Source: an uncultured delta proteobacterium (GTDB lineage: Bacteria; Desulfobacterota; Binatia; UBA9968). Taken from it: a DNA stretch of 64,000 nt. The notes under the pieces are model-generated. The model saw only the letters and a program-made list of their open reading frames with translations, was not told where the DNA came from and did not search any database. The translations under genes were made by a program, and so were the position numbers. The stretch lies in contig CAWDPO010000004.1 in assembly GCA_963804165.1 (NCBI GenBank), positions 64,001 to 128,000 on the forward strand, written 5' to 3'. This document shows, piece after piece, positions 39,151 through 50,139 of the stretch; positions within the stretch are counted from its first letter, which is position 1, and each line of letters begins with the position of its first letter.

Positions 39151-40524
39151 ATGGGATGCAGCATTAAGAACTTCATCGGGCGAATCGCTCTCGCGGTCAT
39201 CGGGATAATCAGTACCGTCACGCTTCCGCGGGTTTCCGGATCGTTGGCGGCGGAACGCCCGTTACAGAAAATCAACGTCGCCTACAGCTCGATCTCGGGC
39301 AACGTTTCTCCGCTTTGGATTACCCAGGACAGGGGCTTCTTCCGCAAATATGGCCTCGACGTTCAAGCAATTTTGATAGAGTCCGGCACGACCACAGCAC
39401 AAGCATTGGTCGCGGGCGATATTAGCTTTGCCTCGGTAGCAGGACCGGCCGCGATTCAAAGCAATCTGCGCGGCGCGGACGTTGTCATGATCGCCGGGAT
39501 AATCAACACCCTGACGTTTCAACTTTATACCGAAAGAGGCATCACCCGTCCGGATCATTTTAAGGGCAAATCGGTCGGCGTGACACGCTATGGGTCTGCC
39601 ACCGATTTCGCGATGCGCTATGCTCTCGACAAGTACGGGTTGGACGCCAACAAGGAGGTCGCAATCCTTCAATTAGGTAATCAACCCGCACAGCTGGCGG
39701 CCCTTGAAGCCGGTAAGGTCCAAGGGGTAATGCTTTCGGCACCGACATCGCTCCGGGCAAAAAAAATGGGATTCCCCATGCTCGCCGATTTGCAAATGCT
39801 GGGATTGGAATACCAGCACACTAGCATCGCAACGACCAAGGCGTTGCTGAAATCGAAACCCGATTTGGCGCGGGACTTTCTGCGAGCCTATATCGAAGGG
39901 ATTCAATACGCCAAGACCCATCGAAAAGAAACAATGGAAATTCTCGCAAAGTATCTACGCACGGATGACAAGGAAATTCTGGATGACACCTATGAATCGA
40001 TCATTATGACGCTGGTGCCCGAAAAACCCTACCCGACCATGAAGGGATACAGATCATCCTGCGCGAGTTCGGCGCTAAAGATGCCGTCGCTCGATCGGCT
40101 CGTCCGGAGCAGTTTGTTGATATCAGCGTAATGAAGGAGTTGGACAGCTCGGGATTTATCGATCGGCTTTATAAATCACCGGCCGTCGCCAAAGTGGCGC
40201 CGAAAGGCGAACCGGTAGCCGCACCAGCAGTGGATAAGCCGGCAAATCGTGGAGGCCAAGACCAAGCCGATAGCGACTGAAGAAAAACCCAAGCCGGTCG
40301 CAAAACTAATCCCCGCCGGCCAGCGAAAAGGCCGGCCACCGTCCCCGCTGCAAAGTCCGCGGGCAGCAATACACTGTCAAACCCGGCGACACGCTCAGCA
40401 AAATAGCGGAACAATTCTACAATCCACCGGCCAAGTGGGACAAATTTATGAGGCCAAAAGCGACGTACTCAAAAATCCTAATTACATCTACGTCGGCATG
40501 AAACTAGTGATTCCGGACCGATAG
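39151..40524 (+). CDS. NMT1/SsuA-like ABC substrate-binding protein with C-terminal LysM domain (frameshifted)
   Basis: GFFRKYGLDV and GKSVGVTRYGSATD motifs; shifted frames give ELDSSGFIDRLY, a linker, YTVKPGDTLSKIAEQFY and NPNYIYVGMKLVIP. Confidence 0.75.
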
Positions 40525-40542
40525 GCAATCGTAACATAGCGG

Positions 40543-40581
40543 AAAAGCGCCGGGCGGGTAAGGCCCTCCGGCGCTTTTTTT
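40543..40581. terminator. Intrinsic terminator, possibly bidirectional
   Basis: aaaagcgccgg...ccggcgcttttttt between convergent genes. Confidence 0.8.
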
Positions 40582-40605
40582 GCGTTTTGCAGCTCGATAA
40601 AATTT

Positions 40606-41698
40606 TCAACACAAAGGACCCAAAGAGCACGAAGTCGGCGCCTCAATCGTCCAAACCCTCGTGTCCTTCGGCTCTTGTGTGAAGTCAATTTTCTCGCCCG
40701 GGCAGTACTCGATCAGCTTTTTAAGATAGGCGAACTGCTCGATGACACGAAAATCTTGTTGATATCGCTCGAGATTTTCGCCGAGCTGTTCGATCTGTTC
40801 GTAACCAAGGTTGCCGAGAAAATCCCCCGCTAACGTCAGGTACTTCACCTTGACGTGGTTCAATGGTCATAAGCCGTGCGGTCGGTAGCGTCGACAGCGA
40901 CAAGGTCGTCGCCCATGACCAGTACTCCGCTATTTTTCGTCTCGTCCCTGTAACGGCCCATTGCCTTCCATCCCAACGATCCCATCGACGATCGCGAACC
41001 GAGGAATCGGCAGTGAGCTATTGATATCGACAATGCTGCCGTTGATACCAGCCCAATGCAGCGCATTCTTTGGCCAGCCATAGACCGAACCCGGCACGAC
41101 GCCAAACATATTTTTCAGAGAAGCGTCACCCCGGCCCAATGGTGGGTTTTGAGCTTCGGCATCGACACCAGCAAATCCGCGTCATAGAGGGTCTGCGGAA
41201 AGTATAACTGCCTCAAGTGGGTAAAACTGCTCTTCAGCTTGGTTAGCCGGACATCATCGGTATTAAGATCAACGTAGCGAACCCGATGCTCTCTAATAAC
41301 ATCGTAAAGGCCGGAAGCGCCTAGCAGATATTCGTTGTCGCGTCGATGACCTGGCCCTTCAGCGACGATGACCTCACGCGCGCCGAGAGTCTTAAACGCA
41401 TCGATCGCGGCCTCAATCACCGCCGGATGGGTATTGATCACACCTTTAGGATCGAACTCCACAAGGTTGGGTTTCAACAGCACCCGCTTACCGTCGAGAT
41501 CCAAGCGAAACAGCCGGATACCCCGAATCATTGTGTCGCGAAGCCCATTGCCGTATCGTCCGCCGCCAAAATCGCGACACGGGAAGCCTTGGCTTTGATA
41601 TAAGCCGCCTTTTCCCATCGATCTGTTTGTTCGCAGCCACCAAGGAGTGGGTACAGGGAAGCGGCAGCGGACGCTTTTAGAAATTCCCGTCGATTCAA
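40606..41698 (-). CDS. DUF362 protein with Tat/lipoprotein signal (frameshifted; 3' end approximate)
   Basis: TTG start MNRREFLKAS...LLGGC; VLLKPNLV...THP, PKLKTHHWAGVT, SLKNMFG and IVDGIVGMEGNGP motifs. Confidence 0.8.
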
Positions 41699-41707
41699 AT
41701 TCTTCCC

Positions 41708-42615
41708 CTAGACATGAAAATACCGCGCGCCATCTTCGCCGGCCAAGATGCCGAGTGCGACTGCTTTAGTCTCGCCGAGGAATTTCGTCTTGGCAAATCT
41801 TTGTTCCAAGCGCTGCTTCAGCGCTAAATCATCTTGGCCGTAAAGAGACAAACAGATCGGCTCCAGCCAAGCGCCAGACCGGAATCCGTGTTTCGTACCA
41901 TCTCGCTCAGGGCACGAAGGCTCAATTGATTTTCCTTCCTGTTCCGTTGATCTTGCAATGCGATCAGCGCAATGGCAGTGACGTCTGGATAGGGCCATAG
42001 TGTTTCACCGTAAACCGCAGCGTTGCCGTAATTCCAGCCGCCCTGGTGGCACATCCGGTCGTAAATCATGAGCTCGCCTTGCTCGACACGCTCTTGAACG
42101 GTTTTGGAGGGAAGCCGACTCTTAGTTTTTTTTAACGCGAGGAGAAAATAGCTTGTAGGCTCCACCCAACTAAAGGTGTTCGGCGTCCATGACCAACCGA
42201 TTAAGTCCTGGTTCAAATGAACGACTTTCTTTTGAAACGACAGAGCTCGAATCAGATTAGCCAGTAACCCCGGCTTGCTGCCTTCCTGTTCCAGTGCCCA
42301 ATTGCCGGCTTTAATGACTCGCTCCTGTTGATCGGTCGAGTCACTGAGCGCGATCATCGCCAGCGCTGTGCTCCACGACGACCCTTTGGTAGCACCGCTG
42401 AGCGGCCAGCTGCCGTCCGGGTTCTGGCGCTCCACAAGCCATTGCTTGGCCTTGCGAATCGCCGGTCCGTCGCCGCCCACGGCTCTAGATTGCAACGCCA
42501 AATACGCAAGTGCCGTAGCCTCCGTGTTGCTATGCTTGCCAGCCACCGCACCCCATCCGCCGTCGGGGTTTTGGCCGTTCAGCAGCAGGCTTGCCGCTTC
42601 TTCTATCATGCCCAT
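41708..42615 (-). CDS. Prenyltransferase/squalene-oxidase (QW) repeat protein (frameshift near 41860)
   Basis: QNPDGGWG and QNPDGSWP repeats, GWSWTP...WVEPT, GGWNYGN. Confidence 0.8.
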
Positions 42616-42621
42616 TTGGAT

Positions 42622-44205
42622 TTAGTCTCGCGCCAACTCGTAAATCTTATGTTTACCATCTCCGCTGGTAAAAACCCGTCTCGCCTTGTCGCCATAAGAC
42701 TTTAACAGGTCATCCAATAATTGGAGCGTCGCCTTCCCTTCGGCATAGCCGTTCATCGGATCGACGATCAAGTAGTCGACCTTCAATTCCTCCAGCTGCG
42801 GCTTGATCTCGTCCACCGATCCGACATCAGCTTGTGCTGCTCCATACGGATAAAAATAGGTCGCCGATCGATGCAGCGCAGGCCGGATCGCTTGGCGGCC
42901 AGTGTATAAATAATACATCGGATCATAAGCCGTGGCCAGCAAAGCGTTCGCGGGTGCATTCCGGCGAATCCACTCGAAGCTTTCCTCAAACCCGTGCCAG
43001 CTGTAAGGCATACGGCTGCCAGAGCCTCCCCGAGTGGTCTGATCGTCCTGTATCAATAAATAACTCGACAACCACACGCCGTTGACGATTAGAATCAGCG
43101 CCACCGGTAACCAGGTGATCGTTGCCAGCAATCGTCGGATCAAAGGCACTTCTCCCGTCGGCGCTATCCAATCCTTTACCGCCCCCATGCCGCGAAAAAG
43201 AAGCAGGACGAGAATGGGAACGACCGGAGCCAGGTAGCGTCCAGGATGAAAAGGCCAGATTAAAAGCAATCCGACCGACGATAAAAAAAAACTCCAGTGA
43301 ACCAGATCTTCGCGACACAGAGACTTGCTCGCCCCGATGACCGTAAAGGCAATCAAAAGCAGGTAGAGTCCCGGCATGAGTGGCGTCAAATAAAGTAGCT
43401 CGACGGTACCGGCTAAGTAGCGCGCATTCCCAGCGGCAATAATCATCTGTTGATTTACCCACGCGCTGCTCCCAACCGCCTTCGCCGCACCAAAGTCATA
43501 AGCAGCGTAATACGCGAAAAGTGAATCGCTCGATGGCAGCGACGCGCGAGATACCCACAAAAGCCACGGCGCGACAAAAAGCAACAAAATACCGCTAAAA
43601 TGTCCAACGCCGCGCCAGCCACGACTCATAAAAGAGTAAACGCATCCCGCCACGACCAACGGCGCCGCCGCCAATCGCGTCAGGCAAGCCAGTCCGGTAA
43701 CGAGCGCCAGAAACGGGATGACAAACCGTGACCTAGTAAAATCTGACCCAGACGCACAAATCGTCAGCGCGATGAGCGCAAACAAGACGAACAAGAGATC
43801 ACTGATCACATAGTCGGTAAAGGTAAAAATAATCGGGTTCGTGCAAACAATGATGGCGAAAATGATCGCGGCAAATTTCGACTCAGGAAAATAGCGCCGA
43901 TAAAAAACAATGCTGACGAAGAAAATCGCGACGAGGACCGCGATATTGAGGCTTTTCAAAACGATGATGTTCTCAGGAAAACTATGATCTAACGACCATA
44001 TCCAGGAAAGAAGGTATGAATACAAGAACGGATATTTTGTTTGAGAAGGCGACGTAGGGAGGCTGATAATTCGATAGCCGTCGCCTTGGGAGAGCGATTT
44101 GGCGACGACGGTATAAATACCGTCGTCATGGAATAATCCCAGCGCTTGCTTGTTCGCGCCCCAGAATGCAGCCCCAGCGAGCATCAGCCCAACGGCAACC
44201 ACCAA
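42622..44205 (-). CDS. Multi-TM GT-C fold glycosyltransferase-like protein
   Basis: HDDGIY early-loop acidic motif, KYPFLYSYLL, about 11 TM segments, RYLAP, soluble C-terminal domain. Confidence 0.7.
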   Translation of the reverse strand: MVVAVGLMLAGAAFWGANKQALGLFHDDGIYTVVAKSLSQGDGYRIISLPTSPSQTKYPFLYSYLLSWIWSLDHSFPENIIVLKSLNIAVLVAIFFVSIVFYRRYFPESKFAAIIFAIIVCTNPIIFTFTDYVISDLLFVLFALIALTICASGSDFTRSRFVIPFLALVTGLACLTRLAAAPLVVAGCVYSFMSRGWRGVGHFSGILLLFVAPWLLWVSRASLPSSDSLFAYYAAYDFGAAKAVGSSAWVNQQMIIAAGNARYLAGTVELLYLTPLMPGLYLLLIAFTVIGASKSLCREDLVHWSFFLSSVGLLLIWPFHPGRYLAPVVPILVLLLFRGMGAVKDWIAPTGEVPLIRRLLATITWLPVALILIVNGVWLSSYLLIQDDQTTRGGSGSRMPYSWHGFEESFEWIRRNAPANALLATAYDPMYYLYTGRQAIRPALHRSATYFYPYGAAQADVGSVDEIKPQLEELKVDYLIVDPMNGYAEGKATLQLLDDLLKSYGDKARRVFTSGDGKHKIYELARD

Positions 44206-44299
44206 AACCCAGAAACGTTGTGAGACGTGATGATTGGCTTTGACCGTCGGATGCTCCTTTGCGAGCGGAGCCTAACAGAACGCTGAAAACACCGTCATG

Positions 44300-44374
44300 C
44301 TTCGAACGGCTCGCACGAACGGATAACACTCAACTATTTTAACGTCCTTCCGTTCGTCCTGAAGCGCTCGAAGG
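44300..44374. repeat. Palindromic intergenic repeat, copy 2
   Basis: cttcgaacggctcgcacgaacggataa...ccgttcgtcctgaagcgctcgaagg; similar to 22101..22196. Confidence 0.65.
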
Positions 44375-44389
44375 GGTGAAATTACGCGC

Positions 44390-45406
44390 CTACTTCGCCT
44401 GACCGAGCTCCTCGTCGATAATCGCCGAAAACGCCTCTACCGGCTGCGCCCCGGAAATCTCGCGGCCGTTGATGAAAAACGTCGGCGTGCCCGTGATCCC
44501 CAATTGAGCGCCTTCGGAAAGATCTTTTTGGACGAGAGCCTTATATTTGCCACTCGTCAAGCACTGGTCGAATTTCGTCGTATCCAGAGACATTTCCTTG
44601 GCGTAAGCGTTTAAGTCGGGCGCAGCCAGCTTCGGCGCCTTCGCATAAAGCGTATCGTGATACTCCCAAAATTTTGCCTGATCGCCAGCGCATCGCGCCG
44701 CCTCCGCCGCAAGTTGGGCCCGGGGATGTATCGCTTCAAGCGGTAAATCCTTATGGACAACACGGACTTTGCCGTTGTACCGCTTCAACACCGTCGCGAG
44801 CGTGGGCTGGACATTTTTGCAGAAGGGGCACTCGAAGTCTTCGAATTTTATGATCGTGACCTGCGCCTTTTCAGAGCCCTTGAACGGCGCGCCATTGATC
44901 GACATTTGCGCTCGTTGAATTGCTGGAGGCTTTAAATACGTTGTAACCTTTGCCTTGGAACGGAGAATCTTGAAATAGTCCATCTTCCGTGCCGCAATCT
45001 TCTGTTCCCGCAGATAATCGCGAATCTGATCATGGACCTTGTCCAACTCCACCCCTATGCGGCTCTTATTGGTCTCGTAAAACGCTCGAATTTCCTCCTC
45101 CGAAACCGGAGAAGCTTTGGCAGTCACCTCCTGCTCCATAAGCGTAGAGACCGAAACACTCCGCTCCTTCGCTTCGCGCGATAGGAGGGTCGCTCCAATG
45201 TGTTCGTTCAGTTTTTGCCGCTCTAACTGGTAGAGTTGCTGACGTAAGGTTTGAAGTTGTTTTCCGCCCGAACGATCGATTTCAGCTCGCGTGATTACAG
45301 TGCCGTCGACCTCCGCGAGCTTTTCCGAATCTTTCGAGGGGCCACAATTCCAACCCGCCCCAAGAGATAAGCCGAGTAGAAGAAAAAACCGACAAAATTT
45401 TTGCAT
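44390..45406 (-). CDS. DsbA-family thioredoxin protein with SurA-like N-terminus
   Basis: FEDFECPFC and GITGTPTFFING motifs; LAEVDGTVITRAEID. Confidence 0.9.
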   Translation of the reverse strand: MQKFCRFFLLLGLSLGAGWNCGPSKDSEKLAEVDGTVITRAEIDRSGGKQLQTLRQQLYQLERQKLNEHIGATLLSREAKERSVSVSTLMEQEVTAKASPVSEEEIRAFYETNKSRIGVELDKVHDQIRDYLREQKIAARKMDYFKILRSKAKVTTYLKPPAIQRAQMSINGAPFKGSEKAQVTIIKFEDFECPFCKNVQPTLATVLKRYNGKVRVVHKDLPLEAIHPRAQLAAEAARCAGDQAKFWEYHDTLYAKAPKLAAPDLNAYAKEMSLDTTKFDQCLTSGKYKALVQKDLSEGAQLGITGTPTFFINGREISGAQPVEAFSAIIDEELGQAK

Positions 45407-45429
45407 GAATTAGCTACGAAGCGCCCAAG

Positions 45430-45465
45430 GGAGTGGCCGCCGTCTCTCAAAGTGTCGGCCACTCC
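45430..45465. terminator. Hairpin between tadG and dsbA
   Basis: ggagtggccg...cggccactcc perfect 10-bp stem; no clear U tract. Confidence 0.4.
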
Positions 45466-45519
45466 AAATACCGTTTAAGGTAGAAATTGATCGTTGAAGC
45501 TGCGGCTTTACCGAACTGC

Positions 45520-46557
45520 TCAATATCCCTTGCCAGCCTCCCGCACCAGTCTATGAGAAAAACAAAGACTAAGCTCGGCGTCGTTTATGAGTTCTGGACC
45601 GCAAACTACCTTCGCTTGTATGTACTTGGGATTGCCTGTGGTCTCGAAGGCTGTCGGATAGATTTTAGCAAAGTTCGTGATTCCCGTCGGGTTATCTGGA
45701 GCACAATTGCCGCCACCCCCTAGAACCGGAATGATCCACCAGCGGTTTGGGTTTGCAGTGAAGAATTTTTCAGCCGCTTGCAAAACACTGTTTACCTGCC
45801 CTCTGTTTTGGCAAATCATACTGCCGAGAGCGAGATTCCCGGCTAGTGTGGCGCCCGAGCAGCTTCCCGCAGTCGTGAACCCCGCTTTAATGTCTGGCGC
45901 ACCCGAAGAACAATCGAAAAAAGTTGTCCAACAAGCATTCTCGCCAGCGGGGTTCTCGCCATCACTGCTCGGGTGTTGCATCTGTATTTTGACGTCATAC
46001 TCAACCCCGTTTTGTGCGCACTGAGTTGACCACAAAGCGATTGGAATCGACGGCTTCGATTGTATGACCGAAACCGCGCTAACGTTTACATTGTTGGCTC
46101 CGGGAGCCGAGCCCCCAAACAGGTTAAACAGCGGAGTGAGAAAAGCCGGAGTCGCTATCGCGCTGTTTGTCGCTTGCTCCAACGCGACACGCACCCCATT
46201 GGCGGTTGCGATCGGTGCGGAATAATTGGTGATCTGGTTCGTAGTAAAATCGTACTGAATATAGCTGACATTGGCGCTGTGGATCGGATTATTGGGACTG
46301 TTGACGTAGTTATTGTTCGAAGCAAACGCGGCGGCTCGGGTTTTGACGTCTGCATCAATGCGGCTCGGCAGCGCGGAAACCGCCGACAGAGCGGCGGCGT
46401 CAACGGCCGCTTGCCCCGTAGCTCGGCTGTAGGTGAGTTGACCGGTATCCAGCCCCATTCCTACCATGATCATCAACAACACGATCATGAGAGTCATAAA
46501 CACGAGCACTGAGCCTTTGTCATTGCTTACGGAAAACATCTCAAACCTCCTTAACAA
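45520..46557 (-). CDS. tadG: TadG-like pilus tip protein
   Basis: KGSVLVFMTL...GLDTG...QAAVDAAALSA; Cys-rich C-terminus. Confidence 0.85.
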   Translation of the reverse strand: MLRRFEMFSVSNDKGSVLVFMTLMIVLLMIMVGMGLDTGQLTYSRATGQAAVDAAALSAVSALPSRIDADVKTRAAAFASNNNYVNSPNNPIHSANVSYIQYDFTTNQITNYSAPIATANGVRVALEQATNSAIATPAFLTPLFNLFGGSAPGANNVNVSAVSVIQSKPSIPIALWSTQCAQNGVEYDVKIQMQHPSSDGENPAGENACWTTFFDCSSGAPDIKAGFTTAGSCSGATLAGNLALGSMICQNRGQVNSVLQAAEKFFTANPNRWWIIPVLGGGGNCAPDNPTGITNFAKIYPTAFETTGNPKYIQAKVVCGPELINDAELSLCFSHRLVREAGKGY

Positions 46558-46563
46558 CTCCGC

Positions 46564-47055
46564 TTAAGGTGAGGTGATTGTCGGAGTCTCATCACAGGGT
46601 GCATGGTATGTAGCCGGCTGAGCCGCATGACGCATACGCGCTGTACGTGTAATTGGCTGATTGTTCGGAGCAGAAAAACCAAAAAGCCTGATGACCTGAT
46701 AAAGAAAGTAATTGTAGGTTCCTCCCCCACTGACTTGGACAAACCGGGCGCAATCCGTCGCTCCCTCTGCGTGAAAAGTAACCGTCGCGGTTTTCGATCC
46801 TAACCAAGCGGGAATTCTACTAAGAGCATCATTCTTGATGGCTGTACTGGCTGCCGTATCAAAAGGATCAGTAGATGCTGCTATCCGAGCCGATTCTCGC
46901 ACGGCGTTTTGGGTTAGGTGTGCAACCGAAAAGGCTACACCGAAATCGGCCGGGACGTACAAAGCAACCAATAGTAGAGGAGTGATTAATGCAATCTCTA
47001 CAATGCTCTGTCCCTTCCGATTCAAGACTTTCGGTAGAAGACCCGTTCTTAACAT
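46564..47055 (-). CDS. tadE: TadE/F pseudopilin
   Basis: KGQSIVEIAL...QNAVRESAR. Confidence 0.88.
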   Translation of the reverse strand: MLRTGLLPKVLNRKGQSIVEIALITPLLLVALYVPADFGVAFSVAHLTQNAVRESARIAASTDPFDTAASTAIKNDALSRIPAWLGSKTATVTFHAEGATDCARFVQVSGGGTYNYFLYQVIRLFGFSAPNNQPITRTARMRHAAQPATYHAPCDETPTITSP

Positions 47056-47579
47056 TGATGCTCCCAGCGCATAGTGGCAGAGCGCTGAATAGTGACTGGA
47101 TTCACCGTAGCACCCATGAGACGAAGCAGTTGGTAGAAAAAATATGGATACTGACCAGATGCGGTAACTTGTACCAGCTGATTACAACCAGCCGACCCAG
47201 GAGCTGGGTATGACACAGTGATAGACGTAGTCGCACCCATCAGAGCCGACGGTAGACGCACCGCGGTTTCGTTATAAATGTTGCCGAAACTAAAGCACGA
47301 AGACAGCGGTGGGCCACAAGTAGCACTAACCGCTGTAAGCGTCGGATCGGCCGCCGCGATCCTTGCCCCCTCACGCACAGCATTCTGAGCTATTTGTCCC
47401 GTATAAAATGCCAGGCCAAAGTCGGCGGGAATCCAAGCAATCACCACAAGTAGAAGGAAGACAAGCGTGAACTCGACCAGCGCTTGGCCTCTATTGTCGC
47501 AACAGACGCGTATAGTAGTAGATGATGCCGGACGCAAGCGGGGATGAACCGTACTCGTTAAGATGCTCCGTCTTCCCAT
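47049..47579 (-). CDS. tadE: TadE/F pseudopilin
   Basis: RGQALVEFTL...QNAVREGAR. Confidence 0.88.
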   Translation of the reverse strand: MGRRSILTSTVHPRLRPASSTTIRVCCDNRGQALVEFTLVFLLLVVIAWIPADFGLAFYTGQIAQNAVREGARIAAADPTLTAVSATCGPPLSSCFSFGNIYNETAVRLPSALMGATTSITVSYPAPGSAGCNQLVQVTASGQYPYFFYQLLRLMGATVNPVTIQRSATMRWEHQC

Positions 47580-47593
47580 TGTCCCTATGCCCT

Positions 47594-47609
47594 TTCACGA
47601 ATTGTGCCG
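47594..47609 (-). promoter_or_regulatory. Possible variant sigma54 promoter for tadE-tadE-tadG
   Basis: CGGCACAATTCGTGAA: good -24 element but GA instead of GC at -12. Confidence 0.3.
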
Positions 47610-47800
47610 GGCGCTATGAAACCTATTTGTCTCGGTCCGCGCTGGTTTGTCTTGCTCTGGCAGCCATTTGGCTCAGGCACGCTTCCACCAAAGAAGCCCT
47701 TCGCATTTGATCTGGGCAATAGTGCCCAATTTCGGATTGGTAGAAATCGAACGAGCAGCCCATTGTCCGCAGTAATATAGAAGTTCGCGGCCCGTATTTT

Positions 47801-48199
47801 TTAACCAATCTGGCTAAGACGCGTATCCCTCAAATCGTCCATCTCCGAAGTTTCCGCTAGGGAGATCTCGAATTGGTCGCCGATCTCCGAGTGTGATTTT
47901 CGTATCGTGCCGCTCGGCAGTTCGAGCACGCTGTAGCCTCGAAAGTGGACCGCGCTGATTCGATACGGCGCAAGACCGGACATCAGGCCCACCACGTGAT
48001 TGCCCCTGTTTAGAAAAACCACATCAATGGGAAATTTCATCCCGATGGTATGAATTCCTTTGCTCGGCATCAGCCACAATGCTTCCTCCGGCCCGAGATT
48101 GGTCCTTTTCAGCAGCCCGACCAACCGCGTGAGAAAGTTGTCGGCTTTCCGTACTTTGGTTGCAAGCCAGGTCTTTTTCGTTAAGTTGATTACCGGCAC
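47801..48199 (-). CDS. DUF192 protein
   Basis: ADNFLTRLVGLL...IHTIGMKFPIDVVFL...VLELPSG. Confidence 0.9.
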   Translation of the reverse strand: MPVINLTKKTWLATKVRKADNFLTRLVGLLKRTNLGPEEALWLMPSKGIHTIGMKFPIDVVFLNRGNHVVGLMSGLAPYRISAVHFRGYSVLELPSGTIRKSHSEIGDQFEISLAETSEMDDLRDTRLSQIG

Positions 48200-48213
48200 C
48201 TAAACATTCCTCT

Positions 48214-49146
48214 TCACCTGCCAACGGATCCGAAAGCATCTCCATGATCCCGAGCCCCGGAGGTCCGAGCAAGAATAATGAAAATCGCCGGGAGAATAAA
48301 AAACACCAGTGGAAAAATCAGTTTAATAACAGTTTTGCGCGCCGCTTCTTCGGCGGCCTGGCTGCGTTTGTCTCGCATGGTTTCGGCGTAAACCCGCAGC
48401 GAACGGGCGATGCTACCACCCATTTCTTCGGTTTGCGTGAGAAATGTAACAAGGCCTTGAAATTCGTCGATGCCGACTCGTTCCGCCAGACGGAGCAAGG
48501 CCTCTTTACGCACCGCTCCGGCCTGCATCTCTTGAGTGGCGAGCATAAGCTCTTCACCCAGAGCGAGATTCTTGCGAATTTTGTTCTCGCCCAACCGCGT
48601 TAGACGCCGCATCGACGCCCATGCCGGCTTCGACGCAGACGACGATCAAATCAAGAGTGTCTGGTAGAGTCTCCCGCATTTCCCGGACCCGGGCGCGAGA
48701 TTTACGAAAAACAGTGAGAAACGGCAGCATATAGCCGGTTGCCGCACCTGCCCGCGAGCATCAAGAAGTCGGGCATCGATGCGCTCGAACTGCAACGCCA
48801 CAAACCATCCCACCGAACGCGAAAGCGACGCAAAAAAGATTCTGAGACCCCAGAAAATCCGTACCGCTCGATTGCCACGATAACCCGCTTGGTGTAACCG
48901 CCGGCTGATCATGATTGAAGCGATCCGGCAATTCTTTGTCGCCAAAAAAGAAATTGGCGATCCGCTCCCAAAAAGTCATTTCATCGTTGTCATGCAGCCG
49001 AATCTGCGCTCGCGCCTCGCTCCTGAGTCCGATATTGTCCAGGCGCCGTTGAATGGCCTCTTCAGCGATCGGGGCCGGGAGGCGAAGATAAAGTAGACGA
49101 CCGCCGATACCAATCCAAAGAATCCGACGGCGATTAGTAGTTCCAT
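48214..49146 (-). CDS. tadC: TadC (T2SS F family) membrane protein (frameshifted)
   Basis: LHQAGYR; LPDTLDLIVVCVEAGMG; AEEAARKTVIKLIFPLVFFILP. Confidence 0.85.
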
Positions 49147-49156
49147 AAAATCACCC

Positions 49157-50139
49157 CTAGATATGAATCTTAATAATCTTGCGGAACACTAGGATTCCGC
49201 ATATTTCCAACACTAGAGCCGCGGCCAACATGCCTCGACCGATAGGATTGGGCATCATTTTGTTCATCATTTCCGTTTCACGCATAAACATAAACACCGC
49301 CAGAAACGGCGGCACGGAACATACCGTCCAGGCGCTGACGCGGTTTTGCGCGGTCAAACTTTTGATCAACCGCTCGATTCGGAAGCGGTCGCGAATGATA
49401 TTGGCCAAGCTTGTTGAGCAACTCGGCCAAGCTGCCACCGACTTCTCGCTGCACCATAAGCGCGGTGTTAAACAGCCGAACTTCGGGTAGAGTTCATCCG
49501 CTCTTCGAATTTCCGTAATGCATCGGCGAGCGGCAGTCCTAGATTCACCTCTTCGATAAATACGGAGAATTCGGTTCCCATCGGATCAGGCATCTCCTTC
49601 GCGACGAAAACCATCGGCTTGGGTCAAGCCCAAACCGGCTTGAAGGCTCTGGCCGATCATATCGAGCCCGTCCGGGAATTGTTCAAGAAACTTGCTCAAC
49701 CGTTTCCAAATGACTAACTGCACATAGACAGAAGGGGCAGAACAACGCGATCAGAGCAAAAACAAGGCTCAGCAGGTCGCTTGGCCCAAATCGATGCCAG
49801 CAAAAAAGTCAACGCCGCCAGCGCCGACGGAGCAGAGCAGAAATAATGCCCGGCGTCATATCGACGTTCGCTCTCTCCAGCAAGAGATCAATGCGGTGCA
49901 TGAATCTTTATTCGTGACAAAAAGTCATTAACCCAAGGGAACTTCGCTGTAGATCGAGGTTTTGAGTAGGCTCTGAATTTCTGCCTTGGATGCATAGTCG
50001 AGCCTGCCGATCGCCGTCAGTCGACGCTTGATTCGCGCCTGCGCCGTATCCTGCACCGCCATTGGCAACATGAAAAGAATAACGATCAGCGAGACCGCCG
50101 CAAAGAAACGAAAATATACGTGATAAGGAGCAGGCTCAT
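49157..50139 (-). CDS. tadB: TadB (T2SS F family) membrane protein (frameshifted)
   Basis: FLEQFPDGLDMIG, EMPDPMGTEF, QREVGGS and IRDRFRIERLIKSLTAQ fragments. Confidence 0.85.

Noticed and set aside
41708-42615. Squalene-hopene cyclase
   Set aside because: Only about 300 aa, a single barrel, with no DXDD motif seen
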